DNA of 64,000 bases from Candidatus Poribacteria bacterium (GCA_963663765.2 CAXXUA010000004.1:1120001-1184000), one strand, 5' to 3'; positions 52,801 to 64,000 are shown, numbered from the stretch's first letter. The notes: a model not told the origin generated them from the sequence alone. A program made the numbers and translations.

Positions 52801-55800
52801 ATGTTTTTACGTTATAACACTAATACATACACAAACTATTCCACGGAGTGTTCCCTCTTGTACCCAAAGTCCGGACATAGATATATTTTTCTGTTTATCC
52901 TCACGTGTTGTTGCCTATTTCTTATCCAACCAGCCCTAACAGCAGATAAAGTTGAAACAGACCCGCCTCAACAAGAAACTACTGATCCGACTAAGGTTGA
53001 AAATCCATTTAAAAAGAAACCCAAAAAAGATACTTGGCATACAAGTGACCCCAAAAAAGATACAAAAGATGACCCATCAACAGATGAAGAAATAGACACA
53101 GAAATCCCAATACGCCGTCAGATACTGATACCCTACTTAGAAACCCTTAAACGTTGGAGATACCCTCCCAACCTTGGTGACCTGTCGGAACTATACGACT
53201 GGAAACCGCGCCCTAAATCCGAAACAAAAGGAATTGATCTACCAATGGATTCAAACCTGCGCATTACAGGTTATCAATCCGTAACAATTGAAGTCAATAA
53301 AACCCACTATTTCGGTGAAGGGGATTTAAACCGCTACGGTGGCTACAACTATGGCAGCTATGGAAACTACGGGTCAGGACTTGATCTCGGATTGAATTCC
53401 TCTTATGGATATGAAGATTTCGGCTATAGTAGTGGGTTCGGTAGTGGTGCTGGCAACTACGGATCATCTTATGGAAGCGGTTACAGTAGCTACGGTGGTG
53501 TTCCACGCTCAACCGGTATAAACATCCGACAACAACAGAAAATAGGTTTGCACGGACGGGTAGGGGAACGCACGCATATAGAAGTAGACTACAATGCAGG
53601 AGATACTTATGGCGGCGGATATGGAAGTTCAAGCAGTTTCGGTGGATATGGACTCGGCGGTGCAAAAGAACAAAAAATAAGAGTTTGGTATGAAGGAAAA
53701 CCAGACAGTTTCATCAAAACAATTTCTTTCGGTGACATCACTCTTAGCCTACCAAATACACGTTTCTTAAATATCAACCGCAACCTTTTCGGTCTTGAAG
53801 GTGTATTTGAATACAAAAATACACGCATGACACTTTTCGGCTCACGGAGTAGGGGTGTCCGAGAAGTCAGAACATTCCGCGGACAATCGCGCAGAGCAAG
53901 TTTTGGCTACGGTCCGCGCGGCATTCAGATCGCAGATTCAAACTATGTAAAAAATAGATTCTACCTCGTCCATAAAGGTGAAGACAACTTTATACACGAT
54001 GCATACTTGCCAATTAAAGCTGGTAGTGTAGAAATCTATATTGATGATAGCGTAGTCGGAAATAACCAAGGCGGGATTCTTACCAGTCAAGGATACTTCA
54101 ACCCGCAGTTCCCAGGGCAAGACTACAACATTGACTATCAAACAGGTGAAATTGAATTCCTTTCACCAATCTCCACAAGCTATACAATCATTGTCGCTTA
54201 TGAATATCTGGGCGATGGTGGCGGAACCATCGGTAATCCCGGAAACGTATTCGTAGATGAAAACAATGACGGCACTATTGATGAAGAAGGAGAAGAAATC
54301 GGTTATGTAGTACTAAAAGCAAAGGGGTTTCGCGGCACTGCTGCCGCTCACGTCTACAGTCTCGGAAACAGAAATATCAATCCGCGCGACTTTCAACTGA
54401 CTATCATCCGACAAGGAGAAAGTGAAACCTTTGAGACCGAAACTGGTCCCGTACCATACATCGAAATCTTTGGTTTAGACCAAAACAGAGACGGGATTAT
54501 TGACCCTGATTTTATTGACTATGACAGAGGATTACTACGGTTCCCAGATTTAAATCCTTTTCAAATAAACGACCCACAACACCCATTTTACCAATACAGA
54601 GATGATCTCAATAACGATGATATTTACCTCGAATCTCTCCGTAGCACTGACCAAATCTACACTATCGTCGCAGATTATGCATACCAATCAGAGACATACA
54701 ACGTCGGTCTGTTTGTAATTCCAAATAGCGAAACCGTACGACTAAACGGTAGACTCCTCACACGAGACACCGATTATATGATGATTTACGAAGTCGGTAC
54801 CATCCGGTTTTTCACTGAACTGGATGAATTTGATGAAATCGTCGTGGAATTTGAAAAAACCCCTTTCGGCGGCGGAACACAGCAATCAGTTGTAGGCGTT
54901 TGGTTAGATTACACACACAAACCTAAACCAAAATCGGAAAAAGAACAGAATCTTGAGGATAGATTCAATCGTTTAGGCGGATTTCAATCTCCACAAACCG
55001 GGTTTGACAATACTTCAAACATTGACCCTTTTTCTGAAAGATTTTCTAATACTGGAACGCGTTCAGGTAGTAGTCTTGGAAATTTTGGAGTGGGTGGTAC
55101 TGGCTTCGGCGGCAGTGGAATCGGTGGAAGTGGATATAGTAGTTTTGGAGGTCTCGGGGGTCGTTCAAGAGCAGGAACGAGTTATTATGGTGGATATGGC
55201 GCTGGAACTACATATTTCAATCCCGTTTATCAAAAAGGTTTTAACATCTCAACAGGATACATCCTAACAACAGGACAGCAACCCACACAGATACCTAACG
55301 TCAACGAGGTACCCAACCGTTTACAAGCATTTAATATCAACACCAGCTTTGGAAGAGAATTCAACATCGCATGGTTGGTAAACCCATTACCTTTTGTCAA
55401 CCTTCATAGACTCCCGCTCTCAATAGACTTTAGTGGAGAATCCGCTTACTCACATAATAATCCAAATAGCGTTGGCGTGGCTCTGATTGATAGCATGGAA
55501 GGCGTGAAGCAGACCACAACAATTCCAACTATAAAATATAGCTGGAAACCGAGTAGTATCCCTCATGTCACTGAATCACAACAAACGAATTCAACAACAC
55601 ACATCTACCCTGTTTTACCGACTCAAGAGAATAGAGTACTCTTTAAAGTTGCACTAAAAGACAAAGAAGAGTCAGAAGCTGTCGGAAACTACATGCGAAA
55701 TAGAGACGTCCCCGCATCATCAATCCAACCACTTTCGCTTTCAACAGAAGAACGACTAATTATGGAAATCGGCTACGATTTTAATGACGTAATTGAAGAG

Positions 55801-58800
55801 TGGGGAGGCTTCTCAAACGGTCTCTCAAAATCAGGTGTAGACTATTCAGAACGCGGTTTTATAGAAATGTGGTTGCGAGTACAAGGTGATGAAGATGTAA
55901 CCCTATACCTCAACATCGGTGCCGTAAATGAAGACACGGACGAAGACCAACGACTTGACAGTGAAGACCTACCCCCAACTTTAGAGGATACAAACGGTGA
56001 CGGAATCATTGATGCACTTGACCTCGACATCGAAAATATACCAAATACTGACCGTGGAAATGGAAGATTGGATAAGGGGGAAGACGAAGGATGGCGATAC
56101 GATAGTCCGTTTCAAAACGAATTTTTCGGTGCTGGTAATCAAATCTTAGATAGTGAAGACCTAAACGGCGACGGTGTACTGGATAGTGTTGACGCATACT
56201 TTCAAATCGCAATCCCGCTCAATGAAATTCCAAATGAATGGATTAAAGGTAAAAACAGCAACGGTTGGACGTTCCTAAACATCCCACTAACTGAGTTTCT
56301 ACCCGAAGGTTCACGTTTTCCAAGCCTCGTCTTTGTACAGCATTTCCGTCTATGGCTCATGAAAAACCGACCCGGAAACGTCAAAGGCACTTTCCAATGG
56401 GCTTCAATAGAAATCGTTGGAAATAGATGGGAACAAGGCGTCGTTACAAAACCTATCTCTGATACTACAACATACCTCGCAAACAGTCAGGTCGTCCAAG
56501 ATACATTAGAAAAGTTTATCGTTGGAACAAAGGACAACTTCAGTTATGATGATTATCAAAGTGCATACCTTGAAATTGAAGACAATGAACTCTTCAGAAA
56601 ACTACACCCTTTCACAGCTTCCTCACTCGGTTTTCAAACACAGCAACAACGCGAACAAACACTTAGCTTAGAATACTATCTGTTTCCCGGTTCACACGGC
56701 ATCACTTCTAAGCAACTCAAAGGGTTTACGCAAAGCGAAGGACAAGACTTTAGCACACACGATACACTCCGACTCTGGTTGTATGGTGATAAAAGTGATA
56801 CAACTTTTGTGCTGCAACTCGCACCTAATGTGCGAACGGGTTACAGAAGTTCCTTTTATAGTACCGACCCATTCCTAAATCAACCGACACAAGAAGATGA
56901 TGTCAACATCTTTGAAAACCTCACCAATTACTACGAATACACAATACCGATTGACTTTGAAGGTTGGAAACTCATTGAAATTGACCTACGTGACAACAAA
57001 AGAAATGAATATCCAGACCATATTGAAGATCAAAATATTGACACAGATACAACACTCTCTTCACAATCATCACCCATAGAAAATGCACCTGATGGACATC
57101 CAGATGGTTTCGTAGTGCGCGGAACAGGAACAAGCACATCACAACTATCAATTAAAAATATAGGTGGGATCCTACTCGGAATCAGAAACGATACTAACCG
57201 AGAAATCAGTGGGGAACTCTGGGTAAACGAAATACATCTCGGTGATCCGCTTATACGAGCGGGTTGGGCGCGCCGTGGAAATATGTCTGTTTCCCTCGGA
57301 AGAATCGTCCGACTGCGCGGGGGTTACGCAAGCCAAGACAAAGACTTTGAAAGCGGTGCCGGTGAAATCGGACGACAACGCCTATCCTCACGAGGATATA
57401 GCACTACCAACAACGATTACAATATCAACGCAGATGTAACTATCTTTACATGGCTACCTATCCGATATTCCATACGCGAACAAGAATCTGAAACTGAAGC
57501 ACTACGAGGCAGCTACTCCTCGTTTATTAGCGGTAAAAGTGAAACTCATAACAGAGATATATCGGTACAATTCAACAAAAACCCATTGCCAAACCTCGGC
57601 TTCGCATATAACTATCAGGATTTTTGGAATGAAAGCCAAGGCACTCAGATTAGCCATCTCTATACCGGTACCTTTCGCTACACACTCGGTTCAAAACTCG
57701 GATTCAATCTGCAATATCGACACGAAGACATCATCGCACAACCCGAAACAGCAACAGATACCACCACAACTTCTACCTCCTTTTATAGCTACGGATACGG
57801 CAGAAACCGTGATGAAAAAACAGACAGCGGCTCCATATCTCTCAACATCAGTCCAATCAACGCATTCAGTCTAAATCCAAGCTACGACATTCGCAGAACT
57901 CTTGAAAGACGTAATTCAAACCAATTTTCAACTTCTTCTATTTTCAATAACACTTCCAATTCTAATTCTAACGTTGAAGCTGAAGCCAGTGAAGACATAC
58001 TCCCAGATTTCATCTTAGCTGAACGAGAACACAGAGTTTCCCTTACACCACGTCTAAATCGTGACCTACTCGGTTTACGTCCCACAGTAACAAGCCGTAT
58101 CAGTTTCAGAGAAAACTGGTTCACATCACAAAAGGACGCATCACTCAACGGAAATATCAGTCTCGGTTTGAACCTACGCATTCAGAAATGGTTCGGATGG
58201 CTATTTACTGAACCTGAACCAAAAGACACGCCAAAAGAAGGAACTACCAACACAACAACGCAAACACCGAAACTTGACAAACAGCAATTGGAAAAGCTAC
58301 GTGAAATGGGGATTGACGAAGCAAAAATCCAAGAACTAACTGAAGAACAAACCGATTGGATAAGTCGAGATAAAGCAGAAATGGATAAAAAGCAAATTAC
58401 CAATCCGACATTACAAGGACAAAATACCCCGCAACAACCCAAACAAGAAGGTATCCTGCAACGCACAATCAATACATTTACGATCAACACGAGTGCAAAC
58501 TTCAACGCCAGCGAGTTTTTCCGTCAGTTAGACTCTGGTCAGACCTTATTAGACATCTGGGAACTTGATCCAGACGCAGAGGAAAGAAGCAACTCAAATA
58601 GAAGCAGCCGATACGGCATACGCACATCAACTGATCCGCTAAAATGGCTCTCCTTCGGAACAAATGTCAGTTTCTCAGATAGTTTCCGTAAAAGTTATGC
58701 TACTACCTATACAACACAGGCAGAATCTTATGAAGCTGACATCAAATTAAATTCACAGCAAGCATCAAGTTTCCAACTGCGATATAGTTTCACAAAACGG

Positions 58801-59280
58801 CAAAATTCTAACCTTGATGTTACCCTCAGCGACAGTACCGCACACACACCTTCCATCAGTTGGTTACATAAATGGAATGATGAAACACGCACTTCATTAG
58901 GCATCCGCACAACCCTACGCGATCACTTACGAAGTGGTATTGAGAGCAACGCACTCATCATTTCACCTAACTTTAGCATTGACTATCGCTATCACACTGA
59001 AGGTGGCATCCGCATACCATTCTTCGGTAGAATTCCACTCAAGCACGACCTTGACCTAACCAATACCTTCTCTTTAGCTATGCGAAGAGAGAACTACGGT
59101 ATCAATAAAGAGGAACGATCCGAACGTTACGAGACAACCTTACGCGCAGGATACAAACTTAGCCAGCATCTCACTGCAAATCTTCATTTAGGTCTGAGTT
59201 ATAACCACGATCGCGTTGAGGAAGGAAGAGACTACCTCTCCATCGCAAGCGCACTCACGGTGAGAGGCGAATTTCAATAA
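52801..59280 (+). CDS. Giant outer-membrane protein, SprA/Sov-like (T9SS translocon family)
   Basis: 2159 aa; signal peptide (likely TTG start at 52858 after GGAG). SprA-like segments: ISFGDITLSLPNTRF..NRNLFG, SETVRLNGRLLTRDTDY.MIYEVGTI, IDSMEG, DSEDLNGDGVLD, GELWVNEIHL. Beta-strand-rich C-terminus ending GEFQ. Confidence 0.7.
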   Translation: MFLRYNTNTYTNYSTECSLLYPKSGHRYIFLFILTCCCLFLIQPALTADKVETDPPQQETTDPTKVENPFKKKPKKDTWHTSDPKKDTKDDPSTDEEIDTEIPIRRQILIPYLETLKRWRYPPNLGDLSELYDWKPRPKSETKGIDLPMDSNLRITGYQSVTIEVNKTHYFGEGDLNRYGGYNYGSYGNYGSGLDLGLNSSYGYEDFGYSSGFGSGAGNYGSSYGSGYSSYGGVPRSTGINIRQQQKIGLHGRVGERTHIEVDYNAGDTYGGGYGSSSSFGGYGLGGAKEQKIRVWYEGKPDSFIKTISFGDITLSLPNTRFLNINRNLFGLEGVFEYKNTRMTLFGSRSRGVREVRTFRGQSRRASFGYGPRGIQIADSNYVKNRFYLVHKGEDNFIHDAYLPIKAGSVEIYIDDSVVGNNQGGILTSQGYFNPQFPGQDYNIDYQTGEIEFLSPISTSYTIIVAYEYLGDGGGTIGNPGNVFVDENNDGTIDEEGEEIGYVVLKAKGFRGTAAAHVYSLGNRNINPRDFQLTIIRQGESETFETETGPVPYIEIFGLDQNRDGIIDPDFIDYDRGLLRFPDLNPFQINDPQHPFYQYRDDLNNDDIYLESLRSTDQIYTIVADYAYQSETYNVGLFVIPNSETVRLNGRLLTRDTDYMMIYEVGTIRFFTELDEFDEIVVEFEKTPFGGGTQQSVVGVWLDYTHKPKPKSEKEQNLEDRFNRLGGFQSPQTGFDNTSNIDPFSERFSNTGTRSGSSLGNFGVGGTGFGGSGIGGSGYSSFGGLGGRSRAGTSYYGGYGAGTTYFNPVYQKGFNISTGYILTTGQQPTQIPNVNEVPNRLQAFNINTSFGREFNIAWLVNPLPFVNLHRLPLSIDFSGESAYSHNNPNSVGVALIDSMEGVKQTTTIPTIKYSWKPSSIPHVTESQQTNSTTHIYPVLPTQENRVLFKVALKDKEESEAVGNYMRNRDVPASSIQPLSLSTEERLIMEIGYDFNDVIEEWGGFSNGLSKSGVDYSERGFIEMWLRVQGDEDVTLYLNIGAVNEDTDEDQRLDSEDLPPTLEDTNGDGIIDALDLDIENIPNTDRGNGRLDKGEDEGWRYDSPFQNEFFGAGNQILDSEDLNGDGVLDSVDAYFQIAIPLNEIPNEWIKGKNSNGWTFLNIPLTEFLPEGSRFPSLVFVQHFRLWLMKNRPGNVKGTFQWASIEIVGNRWEQGVVTKPISDTTTYLANSQVVQDTLEKFIVGTKDNFSYDDYQSAYLEIEDNELFRKLHPFTASSLGFQTQQQREQTLSLEYYLFPGSHGITSKQLKGFTQSEGQDFSTHDTLRLWLYGDKSDTTFVLQLAPNVRTGYRSSFYSTDPFLNQPTQEDDVNIFENLTNYYEYTIPIDFEGWKLIEIDLRDNKRNEYPDHIEDQNIDTDTTLSSQSSPIENAPDGHPDGFVVRGTGTSTSQLSIKNIGGILLGIRNDTNREISGELWVNEIHLGDPLIRAGWARRGNMSVSLGRIVRLRGGYASQDKDFESGAGEIGRQRLSSRGYSTTNNDYNINADVTIFTWLPIRYSIREQESETEALRGSYSSFISGKSETHNRDISVQFNKNPLPNLGFAYNYQDFWNESQGTQISHLYTGTFRYTLGSKLGFNLQYRHEDIIAQPETATDTTTTSTSFYSYGYGRNRDEKTDSGSISLNISPINAFSLNPSYDIRRTLERRNSNQFSTSSIFNNTSNSNSNVEAEASEDILPDFILAEREHRVSLTPRLNRDLLGLRPTVTSRISFRENWFTSQKDASLNGNISLGLNLRIQKWFGWLFTEPEPKDTPKEGTTNTTTQTPKLDKQQLEKLREMGIDEAKIQELTEEQTDWISRDKAEMDKKQITNPTLQGQNTPQQPKQEGILQRTINTFTINTSANFNASEFFRQLDSGQTLLDIWELDPDAEERSNSNRSSRYGIRTSTDPLKWLSFGTNVSFSDSFRKSYATTYTTQAESYEADIKLNSQQASSFQLRYSFTKRQNSNLDVTLSDSTAHTPSISWLHKWNDETRTSLGIRTTLRDHLRSGIESNALIISPNFSIDYRYHTEGGIRIPFFGRIPLKHDLDLTNTFSLAMRRENYGINKEERSERYETTLRAGYKLSQHLTANLHLGLSYNHDRVEEGRDYLSIASALTVRGEFQ

Positions 59281-59294
59281 TACAACAATATCAT

Positions 59295-59807
59295 CAGGAC
59301 TTATGCACCCAACTGCAGGCGGGGAATGCCATACGCGCATTCATACCCGGGGAATGCCTAAATGGCATTCATACCGTTGATTTTTTGATTTGGTGCTTTG
59401 TAAGCGCGCCCCTCAACTGCACACCAATTGCAGGCGTGCTTTGTAAGCGCGCCACCCAACTCCACACCCAACTGCAGGCGTGCTTTTCAAGCGCGCCACC
59501 CAACTGCACACTAATTGCAGGCGTGCTTTGTCCGCGCGCCCCGTCATCCCCAACTGCACACCAATTGCAGGCATGCTTTGTAAGCGCGCCCCTCAACTGC
59601 AGGCGTGCTTTTCAAGCGCGCCACCCAACTCCACCCAAATTGCAGCCGTGCTTTGTAAGCGCGCCCCTCAACTGCAGGCGTGCTTTGTAAGCGCGCCCCT
59701 CAACTGCAGGCGTGCTTTGTAAGCGCGCTGGAAACCGAAAAAATACTGAAAATTACATCATTTTCATCACAATTCTTGATTAATTCATGAAAACTGCGTA
59801 AGTCCTG
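59295..59807. mobile_element. CAGGACTTACGCA-family MITE with expanded REP-C array
   Basis: TIR pair; 5-bp TSD ATCAT; about 8 GCAGGCGTGCTTTGTAAGCGCGC-type units. Confidence 0.85.
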
Positions 59808-59820
59808 ATCATAAAACATT

Positions 59821-60282
59821 CTAATGACGTGAAACAGGTATCGTAAAATCAACACGCGTCGGAACACCAGATGATATAGGGAGCCACAAACGTCTTATAC
59901 CAAAAAGCCACTTAACCCCCTCAATCTCACTAATAATCTCTCTAAACTCACGATCATTCTCATATTTCGCTGTAATCTCAACATGGTATCCAACCAGGAT
60001 AACGTCATCAAAACGGTACTCACCTTGCGAATTCGTCAGGACAGGTTTGCACTGCTCAGAGGCATTAATTACATCAAAGGAAATCTCAACATTTTCAACT
60101 GGCTGCGGCACACCATCAGCATTTACCATGACAACTGTACCGTAAATCGTTCCTTTATAGTAACCACGCCAGACATCTGCACCAATACCCCACAGGTGAG
60201 ATACCAATATACCCACTAAAAAACCAACAACTGGCAGCCAACGATTATTCAAGATTGGATGAACAGGTTTATGCATTGCCAT
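59821..60282 (-). CDS. Membrane-anchored protein with carboxypeptidase-regulatory-like (beta-sandwich) domain
   Basis: TM segment followed by GTIYGTV...PVENVEI...TNSQGEYRF. Confidence 0.6.
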   Translation of the reverse strand: MAMHKPVHPILNNRWLPVVGFLVGILVSHLWGIGADVWRGYYKGTIYGTVVMVNADGVPQPVENVEISFDVINASEQCKPVLTNSQGEYRFDDVILVGYHVEITAKYENDREFREIISEIEGVKWLFGIRRLWLPISSGVPTRVDFTIPVSRH

Positions 60283-60690
60283 GGAATTCCTCACACAGAT
60301 GTAGTAGACAAACACAAATAACGAATAGTAACCGTATTGGTGAATTCCTAAACTCTATCTGCTATACACACGGATTCGTGACAAAATAGGTTTACGACTG
60401 TTGTCCTACATTATAGTAGAATCCGAAAATATATTGACACTCCGCGATAGGATCTCACATATCACGTTTGTAGGGGTTGGGTTACCCAACCCCATAAGCG
60501 TCAATTTAAGGATTTTCACCTCTTGTGGGAGGGGTTTTCAACCCCGAATTTATGCGCTTTTCCTCTCAAATCAAGGTTGAAAACCCCTCCCACAAGAAAA
60601 ATGACAACAATATTTTCTTAAATTGACGCCTATGGGGTAAGGTTACCCAACCCCATAGGCGTCAACTTAAGGATTTTCACCTCTTGTGGG

Positions 60691-62346
60691 CTTACTTTTA
60701 CCCATAAGTTTGATGTATTGAGTAAACATCTTCTTTTTTGTTGAGTTATGTCTGTTGTTTTGGTAAAGATGGTATAGTTTTCAAGTCAGTTCTAATATTC
60801 CTTGCATAGCAAAAGCAAATATGTTATGTTCAAAAGTGATATTTACAAAGTCGATAAACATTTATTACGCTTGTGCTATAGGAGTGAATGATGTCTTTAC
60901 ACAATCCTGAAAACGATCAAGAGTTATCTGCATCTTGGAGCCGTCAAGAGTTTGAAGGTCTTGATTTGGGAGATATGCGTCTCAATGAACGGCTGCTCAG
61001 CATTGCGGAGGCTTTAGAGGCACAACCCGGTTCGGCGATCAACGCTGCGTGTGGCGATTGGGCGTCAGTGAAGCAGCCTATCGTTTAATTGACAATGAAA
61101 AAGTCTCATCGGAAAAGATATTCAAACCGCATTTTGAAAGAACACTTGAACGGATGTGTAAAAATCGTCGTGTTTTTGCGATACAAGATACGACTTTTCT
61201 TAATTACACTGATCACCCAGCAACAGAGGGTTTAGGTTCAATCGGCACCAAGTCTCAACAGATTCAGGGACTTGTCAAACACACGACCCTCATTGTAAGT
61301 GATGCGGGTCTTCCGTTAGGGTGTCTGACAGATAAAGTTTGGGTTCGCGAACCCTCCGTTCAAAGTGCCCCTAAGTTCAGACCGCTCATAGAAAAAGAGA
61401 GCTACAAATGGATTGAGGCATTATCAGCGTTGCGTTCAGACACATTAGCAGATGTTGAGGTGATTTGTGTGTGTGATCGTGAAGCAGATATTTACGAGTT
61501 TTTCGTAGAGGCAAAAGAACTGCCTTTTGTGATACGCGCGGCTCAGGATCGTGTGGTTGCTGCTGATGTCGGTAAACTGAGTGATTTGGTGAGAAGTCAA
61601 CCTGTTATTGGCGAGATTACGGCACAAGTGCCAGTGCGTGCGTCTCAACCTGCTCGTGAGGCGACCTTGAGTGTCCATTTTACAACAGCGACGCTTCGCC
61701 CACCACATCGTTCACAAGCATCACGATCACAAGAGTTGCCTGCTGTAGATGTGTATCTTGTATGGGTAGTAGAGAAAAACCCGCCTGAGGGTGCTACGCC
61801 CTTGGAATGGCTTCTGATAACAAATGTAGAAGTGTCGGACTTCGCCGATGCGGTTGAAAGGATAAGCTGGTATCGCCAACGCTGGCACATTGAAGTTTAT
61901 TTTAAAGTGCTCAAATCTGGGATGAAGGCGGAGGCAGTTCGTTTGCAGACCAAAGACCGGCTTGAACGCTATATCGCATTGCTGAGTGTAATTGCGTGGC
62001 GACTTTACTGGCTGACCCACATCAATCGGCACTCACCGGATGTAGATTGCACGAGCGTGTTGACAGAGATAGAATGGCAAGCACTTTACTGTATAACGCA
62101 TAAGACCCAAATTTTACCCGAAAAAATACCGAGAGTGTCTGAAGTCGTTGTCTGGATTGCTAAACTCGGTGGATTTTTAGCACGCAAGTCCGATGGCAAT
62201 CCAGGGGTGACTGTAATCTGGCGAGGATGGAAAAGGCTTTCTGATATTGCTGCCACCTATGCTCTCTTTCAAGCGGCTGGACAAAACAATACCAGCTAAA
62301 CAACCTTGATAGACACTATAGCTGAAAACTTATGGGTAAAAGAAAG
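60691..62346 (+). mobile_element. IS4-family (IS50/Tn5-like) element inserted into a REP-D hairpin
   Basis: TIR CTTwCTTTTACCCATAAGTTT; 8-bp TSD CTTGTGGG; the flanks rejoin to CTTGTGGGAGGGGTTTTCAACCCC. Confidence 0.9.
60888..62299 (+). pseudogene. IS4/Tn5-like transposase with a 1-nt frameshift near 61072
   Basis: LGDMRLNERL..; one extra A would restore KAAYR; IQDTT, DREADIYE, YRQRWHIEVYFKVLKSG, LGGFLARKSDGNPG. Confidence 0.88.
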
Positions 62347-62669
62347 CTTGTGGGAGGGGTTTTCAACCCCGATTACTTAGTGCATTTCCGCTCAAATCGA
62401 GGTTGAAAACCCCTCCCACAAGAAAAATGACAACAATATTTTCTTAAATTGACGCCTATGGGGTAAGGTTACCCAACCCCTATGTGTCAACTTAGCGATT
62501 CATATTATTGTAGGACGGAAACCTTGAAATCCGGATTTTCTCACTCAAGGTAGACGTGCTTTGTAAGCGCACCCCCCAACTGCACTCCCCTGCAGGCGGG
62601 GAATGCCATACGCGCATTCATACCGTTGATTTGGTGCTTGTAAGCGCACCCCCCACTCACCCCGCACTC

Positions 62670-63029
62670 CAGGGTTATTTAGTTTTAGGTTTTTTTGATG
62701 ATTATTTGCTATAACGTTAATTTTATGTGTTGCCATCTTGTCCAGTTCTTTAGTCCCGTAGGGACGATATGTTTATAGAAAAATGTTATCTACTCCTCTT
62801 GAGTTCCGTAGGAACGGCATAGAAGAATAAACATATCGTCCCTACGGGACTAAAGAACTGGGAAGGGCGCTCGTTTTCTATAAACATATCGTCCCTACGG
62901 GACTAAAGACCGATGTTCAGGTTTCAATAATCTAAAATTGATGTATAAGGTGCAGTTAGGAAACTGCATTTGGGTATTAACTTTCAGTAAATCGAAATAA
63001 CAGAAAACTTTTAAAACTGAATAACCCTG
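62670..63029. mobile_element. CAGGGTTATT-family MITE with REP-B cargo, inserted into a REP-C array
   Basis: 9-bp TSD CCCGCACTC; near-identical to the copies at 8462 and 46610. Confidence 0.88.
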
Positions 63030-63407
63030 CCCGCACTCAACTGCAGGCGTGCTTTGTAAGCGCGCCTCCCACCTGCCCCCCAAATTGCAGGCGGGGAATG
63101 CCATACGCGCATTCATACCGTTGATTTGGTGCTTTGTAAGCGCGCCACCCAACTGCACCCAAATTGCAGGCGGGGAATGCCATACGCGCATTCATACCGT
63201 TGATTTGGTGCTTTGTAAGCGCACCCCTAACTGCAGACGTGCTTTGTAAGCGCGCCGTTGCCAATCCAGTGTTTATCGGCGAACTTACAAGCACGCCTAC
63301 CGAGATGGGGTATTTAGCACTTGACTTTTTCTTAAATTGACACCTATGGGTTTGGGTTACCCAACCCCTACGTTCCGTGTCGTATGTGCACATAATTACG
63401 AGTTTTA

Positions 63408-64000
63408 CTATAATTTTACTGCAGCTAACCCTTCTGAAAAATAAGAAGCGTAAAAAAATGTCGGTTCAATAACCCACTCACCACTTTTGTCAATATATCC
63501 ATACTTCTCATCAATTTTGACCGCCGCAAGTCCTTCATAAAAACCCTTGGCACCATCAAATCGTGGTTCAATAACAAGTGCACCAGATTTGTCGGCAAAC
63601 CCGTATTTGCCATTGACTTTGACAGAAACTAATCCATCAGAGAAATAAGGGTAAGACGTTTCAAAATCTAATTCAAGAACTTCCTGACCGGTTTTATCAA
63701 TAAACACATTTCTACCATCTGTAGTCTTAACATAGGCATACCCTTCAGAAAAGTCAAATGTCTCATTAAATTGTGGTTTGATGATTATTTCACCGGTTGT
63801 ATCAACATATCCACCATATCCTTCTTCTTTTTCATCCCAGACTTCAATTCGGCAAAAACCTTCTGAAAAACAAAAAGACATCGGTTCATCGCGTTTCATG
63901 AACACCCACTCACCCGCCGTATTGATAAAACCTTTGGTTGTTTCGGTCTGAACAGCGGCAAGACCATTGAAAAAACCACCAGCTTCACGAAAAGATAACG
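63408..64000 (-). CDS. WG-repeat (KWG-type) protein, 3' part
   Basis: Repeats of FSEGLAAVK..GKYGFIDKSG..VIEP.F type; the frame continues past the window edge. Confidence 0.85.
   Translation of the reverse strand, partial: LSFREAGGFFNGLAAVQTETTKGFINTAGEWVFMKRDEPMSFCFSEGFCRIEVWDEKEEGYGGYVDTTGEIIIKPQFNETFDFSEGYAYVKTTDGRNVFIDKTGQEVLELDFETSYPYFSDGLVSVKVNGKYGFADKSGALVIEPRFDGAKGFYEGLAAVKIDEKYGYIDKSGEWVIEPTFFYASYFSEGLAAVKL

Overview
Bacterial chromosomal window, probably from Candidatus Poribacteria or a relative. That assignment is an inference from the LRR/cohesin/dockerin/FlgD-type protein, WD40 and LamG proteins, PhyH and dense REP/MITE content. Core genes: partial hemE; a tRNA(Thr-Tyr-Gly-Thr)-rpmG-tRNA(Trp)-secE-nusG-rplKAJL cluster with no tuf inside it and no rpoBC after it; rpoZ; mqnC; a PpiD/SurA-like chaperone; an OGG-type glycosylase; a GT4 glycosyltransferase; and a tRNA-Leu with the rare AAG anticodon. 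Accessory content: a cytochrome c-LRR-cohesin-dockerin protein with a T9SS-like C-terminal domain, a metzincin-LamG protein, four tandem WD40 lipoproteins with hypervariable blade positions, and a 2159-aa SprA-like outer-membrane protein with Tyr/Gly-rich inserts. Mobile DNA is abundant: IS982 nested in an IS1595, a tandem IS630 pair, a frameshifted IS4/IS50-like element, an IS5 remnant, several MITE families carrying REP hairpins, and a 453-bp non-coding IS605-derived element that appears to keep a TnpB omegaRNA-like right end 25 nt upstream of the tRNA operon. No CRISPR array, cas gene, reverse transcriptase or RAYT gene was seen. All family assignments come from reading motifs by eye; no searches were run.
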